From Eledone cirrhosa (lineage: Eukaryota), in assembly GCA_964016885.1 (NCBI GenBank), contig OZ024741.1:367722001-367786000 (forward strand): 64,000 nucleotides of DNA. The letters are read 5' to 3'. Shown piece after piece: positions 62,601 to 64,000 of the stretch. Each line of letters opens with the position of its first letter. The first letter of the stretch is position 1. Both the position numbers and the translations under genes were made by a program. Under the pieces are notes generated by a model. It was not told where the DNA came from. It searched no databases and was given only the letters and a program-made list of their open reading frames with translations.

Positions 62601-64000
62601 CTTACTTGCCGGTAAGGACAAGTTGAGCTTCCAGTAACCGGGTCCCTGTCTATGCGTTCTGTCAAGGTTGACCATGCAGCTCACTAACTTGTGGTCTGAA
62701 TAGCCAACCATACGCATTTTTGGACAACTTAAAAAGTCCTTATCCTTATTTCTAACTAAGAACCTATCTAAGTACGACCTAGATGATCCGCTGCGGTTTG
62801 CCCAAGTCCAGGTTGGCGCAGTCGGAAAATCTAGTCGATATCTATCGGCCAGGTCAAATCGACCGATTAACCCTTTGAGGCTATTACACCCCTCTCTATC
62901 GGGACAGGCCCCTACGTAGTCCCAGCGTGCATCTAGGATACCATTCCAGTCCCCCACTAATAGCAAGGAGCGGGATGTCCCCAGAAAAGTCTCCAGACGA
63001 TGGAAGAGGTCCGGCCGCATTGACCCGAAAGGGCCGTAGACGGCTACCAACCTAAACGCTCCGCCTTCACCACAGCCAAGGTCCAGAACCACTAGTCGAC
63101 CCTCCGGGTCTAAATGTACCGTCTGTGTTGCGAGACCCAGATGTTTTTGCAGCAGAAAGACAACCTCACCCCCACCTCCGGGCTGACAGAGAGATGCGTG
63201 CATCTCAAAGTCATCAAAGGTGGGGGCCAGCTGTCGCACGTAGCTGATCCGGGCCTCGCAAATAACCATCACATCTATACATTGTGACCTGAGGTCATTT
63301 AGAAGCATTGCTTGCTTCCAAGTTGAGCCCAGGCCACGCGCATTTAGACAGCCTACTCTTAGCATAGCCATGTTGGTGGTGAAGAGAAAAGGCACTTACC
63401 TCTCTGTGTCCCGGGTATCGGGCTGCACAATTTCCATGAAGGTGGGGGATGGGTTGTTGGGTGGGGTGGTGGTTTGTGGAAGTGTAGGGGCATCGGTGTG
63501 TTGTGTGGTTGGGGTGTTTGGAGTTGTGTGGGTGTTTGGGGAGGGAGTGGGGTAGTTTTTTAGGAGGATGTGGTTAATGGGCCCGACGCAGGGGGGGGGA
63601 CACATCCTCTTTAAAGTTGTTTTTTAGTGTTTTATATGTGTCCTCTGGGGCCTTAATCATTTTGAGGTGGGGGAAATCCCCTGCCTGGGTGAAGTTAAGC
63701 CCTTGGGTTTTTATCAAATTGTTGTTGTACACAATGTTTAACAGTTTTTTATTTTTTGTGTTTATGTATGTGTATGCATGTTTTTGTTTTTGTGTGGTGT
63801 TTTTTGTTTGCTGTTGTTGTGTGCTCTTTTGTGTTGGTGTCAGTGTTATGTTTTGGGGAGGGGTTGTTTTCATTTGTGTGTCTGAGGTGTGTTTTCTTTT
63901 TTTTTTTTGATTGTGTGGAAGTGCTCCTCCTCGTCTGACGACGAATGAGGGTCATCTTCCGCGTTGGAGGGGAGGGGTAGATTTTCTGGTTGTGTTTGCG
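59685..64000 (-). mobile_element. Second, older Tx1/L1-clade LINE; runs off the window end
   Basis: Frameshifted ORF2 pieces (62529-63371, 61587-62276, 61230-61577, 60622-61197, 59947-60570) are homologous to 3297-6716. The ORF1 C-terminus is at 63396-64000. Confidence 0.92.

Overview
Eukaryotic, repeat-saturated DNA with no confidently identifiable host gene. The microsatellite density and SINE/LINE families suggest a cephalopod (Octopus-like) genome; this is an inference. The window is a nest of mobile elements, most of them sitting in (TACA)n, (AAT)n or (TA)n microsatellites. It holds two Tx1/L1-clade LINEs, two R4/Dong-like RLE LINEs, several RTE LINEs (one with an intact 1039-aa ORF), four copies of a ~608-bp RTE-derived non-autonomous element, a two-LTR Gypsy element, three Tc1/mariner elements, hAT and Helitron pieces, many tRNA-SINEs, Penelope-like elements (PLEs) and hammerhead-ribozyme motifs. 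The most striking signal is the PLE at 28.1-32.5 kb. Its GIY-YIG domain and 3' region appear massively A-to-G hypermutated on the sense strand, and both arms of its inverted duplication carry the same changes. This is consistent with an ADAR-hyperedited RNA being reverse-transcribed and fixed in the genome. All family assignments come from motif recognition by eye, not database searches.
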